The translations under genes and the position numbers were made by a program. Of a stretch of 64,000 bases of DNA, positions 62,608-64,000 are shown in pieces. The notes beneath the pieces are model-generated. The model was not told the origin of the DNA, did no database searches, and saw only the letters and a program-made list of their open reading frames with translations. How positions within the stretch are numbered: position 1 is the first letter of the stretch; every line of letters starts with the position of its first letter. Source of the stretch: an uncultured Rhodoblastus sp. (GTDB lineage Bacteria > Pseudomonadota > Alphaproteobacteria > Rhizobiales > Beijerinckiaceae); contig NZ_CAIUXT010000150.1 in the NCBI RefSeq assembly GCF_903903185.1, positions 27,425 through 91,424 of the forward strand. The letters are read 5' to 3'.

Positions 62608-64000
62608 ATGTCCGTTCAAGTCAAACGTCGCCGTGACACGGCGGCCAACGTCGCAGTCTATGCCGGCGCGCAGGGCGAACTAATCGTCGACACGACCAAC
62701 AACCGGGTCACCGTTCATGATGGCGTCACGCCGGGCGGCTTCGCGGCCGCGAAATTGTCCGAGGTGCTAACAGCCGCGCGTACGGCGGTGATGGATGCGA
62801 ATTACGCCGTGCTCGTCTCCGATCGCACGATCGCTTTCACCGCGATCACCGTTGCTCGCGCGGTGGCTTTGCCGGCGGCGTCGTCATATCCGACTGGAGT
62901 TTCCTTGAGGGTTGTCGACGAGAGCGGAAACGCCTCCTCGTCCAAGATGATCGCTTTCACGCCTAATGGTTCGGACTTGATCGACGGCCTGTCGAGCGCG
63001 GCGATTTCGTCGCCCTATGGCTACCTCGTACTGCAAAGTAACGGCGCGGTCAGCCCCAACGGAAAATGGACCATCGTCGATCAGGCGACTTCCGGGCTTC
63101 CCTTCGTCGGCATCGGAACAGCGGCGGACCCGGGCAACCCACTTTCAGTTTTTGGCGCCTCGGCCTTGTTCAATGGGACGAATTTCAACTTCACCCTTAA
63201 CAAGTCGGCGGTTGGCAATACCGCGTCGATCCTTTTCCAGGATGGATTTTCAGGCCGCGCCCAAGTCGGACTTACAGGCGACGATAATTTCCATTTCAAG
63301 GTATCGCCGAACGGATCGAGTTGGCTCGATGCGCTCGACTTCAACGCGAATACCGGGCAAGCCTCGATTAATTACGGAATTGCGTCCGGCGAAGCCCTGA
63401 GTTGGCGCAACCGTCTCCGCAATGCCTCATTCGCCGTCAACCAGCGCAATGTTTCGGGCGCGGTGACGCTGTCGGCGGGCGCGTACGGACACGATGGCGT
63501 CAAGGGCGGCGCGAGCGGCGCGACCTACACTTTCGCAACTTCGGGCGCTGACACAACGTTGATAATTACCTCGGGGTCGTTGATCCTGCCGATCGAATCC
63601 TCGCTGATCGAAGGCGGGGCCTATACGGTCCAAAACGCAGGAACGGCCCAGGCGCGCGTTTGGCAGGGAACAGGATACAGCGGTTCGGGCGCCTATGCTT
63701 CGGCGGCGGTGAGCCCGACTGCGGCGCCGCTGACCTTCGCCAGCCTCACGGCGGCAACGCAGACCAACGTGGAGTTTTCAACAGGCACGGTGCTGCGCCC
63801 GCAGTTCGAGTTCGGATATGTGGCGACTGCTTTCGAGCGGCGGCCTCCCGGCGTCGAACTTTTTCTATGCCATAGATATTATTTCAGGATTGCAGCCACG
63901 GGTTCCTATTCTCCCTTCGGCCTGGGGTCCGGCGTCAGCCCGACGGACATCCGCGTCGAACTTGACTCGCCCGCACCGATGCGAGGCGCGCCGACGCTGA
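62608..64000 (+). CDS. Tail-fibre-like protein, 5' part (open at the right edge of the window)
   Basis: ATG 62608 preceded by AAAGGAAA: MSVQVKRRRDTAANVAVYAGAQGELIVDTTNNRVTVHDGVTPGGFAAAKL. This resembles the conserved N-terminal module of phage fibres (hyaluronidase / Mtd N-terminal type). The frame stays open to 64000, so it is absent from the ORF track. Confidence 0.55.
   Translation, partial: MSVQVKRRRDTAANVAVYAGAQGELIVDTTNNRVTVHDGVTPGGFAAAKLSEVLTAARTAVMDANYAVLVSDRTIAFTAITVARAVALPAASSYPTGVSLRVVDESGNASSSKMIAFTPNGSDLIDGLSSAAISSPYGYLVLQSNGAVSPNGKWTIVDQATSGLPFVGIGTAADPGNPLSVFGASALFNGTNFNFTLNKSAVGNTASILFQDGFSGRAQVGLTGDDNFHFKVSPNGSSWLDALDFNANTGQASINYGIASGEALSWRNRLRNASFAVNQRNVSGAVTLSAGAYGHDGVKGGASGATYTFATSGADTTLIITSGSLILPIESSLIEGGAYTVQNAGTAQARVWQGTGYSGSGAYASAAVSPTAAPLTFASLTAATQTNVEFSTGTVLRPQFEFGYVATAFERRPPGVELFLCHRYYFRIAATGSYSPFGLGSGVSPTDIRVELDSPAPMRGAPTL

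Larger units (their letters stand above)
47099..64000. mobile_element. Prophage-like / GTA-like head-tail gene cluster (left border abuts meaB; right end beyond the window)
   Basis: Contiguous phage-type genes: CI-like repressor, TerS-like, TerL, portal, protease/scaffold-like, capsid, DUF2460 x2, DUF2163/BR0599, NlpC/P60, host-specificity protein, fibre. No integrase, att or tRNA at the left border. Confidence 0.85.

Noticed and set aside
1-64000. Looked for CRISPR arrays, rRNA genes, IS elements/transposases and integrases across the whole window
   Set aside because: No regularly spaced 25-40 bp direct repeats, no rRNA-like conserved stretches, and no transposase or tyrosine/serine recombinase motifs were noticed in any listed ORF. 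Absence is based on visual inspection only.

Overview
Visibly high-GC alphaproteobacterial chromosome segment; GC was not computed. Gene content and synteny look Hyphomicrobiales/Rhizobiales-like (waaA-lpxK, DUF4170/IMPase/ubiA, pyrC-like/plsY/dprA, tlyA-dxs, ppdK, meaB). Positions 1-47.1 kb are mostly housekeeping genes: smc, gcvPA/PB, dsbA-like, lpxK, waaA, ubiA, rnhA, thrB, plsY, dprA, ruvX, xthA, tsaC, dxs, ppdK, meaB. Small accessory pieces interrupt them. These are three PEP-CTERM-sorted secreted proteins (one with an in-frame TAG inside its sorting signal), a DUF559 gene embedded in hairpin repeats, a low-GC DUF1796 islet, a TacA/TacT-type toxin-antitoxin pair and several families of intergenic repeats. 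Positions 47.1-64.0 kb run off the right edge and hold the most interesting system, a prophage-like head/tail cluster. It has two leftward early genes, then a CI/LexA-type HTH+S24 repressor flanked by three TGGGA-N4-TCCCA operators. A sigma70-like promoter followed about 20 nt later by an intrinsic terminator comes next, then TerS-like, TerL and portal genes. A host-like hisC aminotransferase is inserted antisense between portal and protease/scaffold. The cluster continues with the capsid gene, a chimeric connector/TIM-fragment/DUF2460 ORF, and an RcGTA g12-g15-like distal-tail block plus a tail fibre. No integrase, replication, lysis, tail-tube or tape-measure gene is visible in the window. 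No rRNA, tRNA or CRISPR array was seen. Many long ORFs in the supplied track are antisense or off-frame shadows typical of high-GC DNA and were not called. All family assignments come from reading motifs by eye, not from searches.
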